64,000 nucleotides of DNA from the NCBI RefSeq assembly GCF_026210795.1, contig NC_089430.1, positions 558,001 through 622,000 on the forward strand. The letters are read 5' to 3'. The notes beneath the pieces were generated by a model that searched no databases, was not told where the DNA came from, and saw only the letters and a program-made list of their open reading frames with translations. This DNA comes from Rhizophagus irregularis (taxonomy: Eukaryota). The translations under genes and the position numbers were made by a program. The first letter of the stretch is position 1; every line of letters begins with the position of its first letter. Below, piece by piece: positions 63,618 to 64,000 of the stretch.

Positions 63618-64000
63618 ATTAACTGTGCCTTCATTAAAATAAATATTCAAGTAGATTCTAAGCTGCTGAACAATTTTTAATTAATAAAAGAAGTCGATTT
63701 ACTTTGGCTAAAGTGCTCAAAATACGCTCTGAAGTGACAAAACGGAAAAAAATAAAATTCGTAAATGAGTACCGTTGTGAAAATCGTGAATAACTCATCA
63801 AGTATTAACTGTACCTTCGTAAAAATTAATATCCAAGTAGTTTTTGACCTGCTGAACAACTATCAATTAATAAAAGAAGTCGATTTACTTTGACTAAAGT
63901 GCTCAAAATACGCTCTGAAGTGACAAAACGGAAAAAAATAAAATTCGTAAATGAGTACTGTTGTGAAAATCGTGAATAACTCATCAAGTATTAACTGTAC
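63618..64000. repeat. 186-bp tandem repeat running off the window end
   Basis: ATTAACTGT unit starts at 63618, 63804 and 63990. Confidence 0.9.

Larger units (their letters stand above)
59958..64000. mobile_element. Large CCCTATA-terminated insertion; right end not seen in window
   Basis: CCCTATAAAAAA begins exactly where homology to A and B stops (CTGGAG|), followed by CAGTAT/CCGTAT subterminal motifs. Extent to the window end is assumed. Confidence 0.65.

Overview
Very AT-rich eukaryotic DNA with short (about 60-90 nt) GT-AG introns. The gene and transposon content resembles an arbuscular mycorrhizal fungus (Glomeromycota, Rhizophagus-like); this is inferred, not searched. There is one host-type gene (9276-15984): a Cys-rich N-terminus, a TKL-like kinase, a tandem micro-exon linker and about 33 Sel1-like repeats. 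Most of the rest is nested transposons. The dominant structure is three copies, in alternating orientation, of an approximately 12-kb CACTA/CMC-like element: A (+) 24711-34154, B (-) 35154-49008 and C (+) 49009 to at least 59957. The element has imperfect CTTT(G/A)C(T/A)GAAAC termini and GATATC-rich subterminal arrays. It carries three genes: a BAH-like-domain DDE transposase, a Myb/SANT-trihelix gene and an uncharacterised acidic protein. B and C are fused head-to-head inside their left subterminal arrays, forming a foldback of more than 22 kb. The arms have since acquired independent TSD-flanked insertions and many C>T/G>A transitions. Copy A splits a LINE reverse transcriptase ORF. A separate CACTA > hAT > MITE nest lies at 17.7-22.6 kb. 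All boundaries and TSDs were read by eye, and domain names come from motif recognition only.
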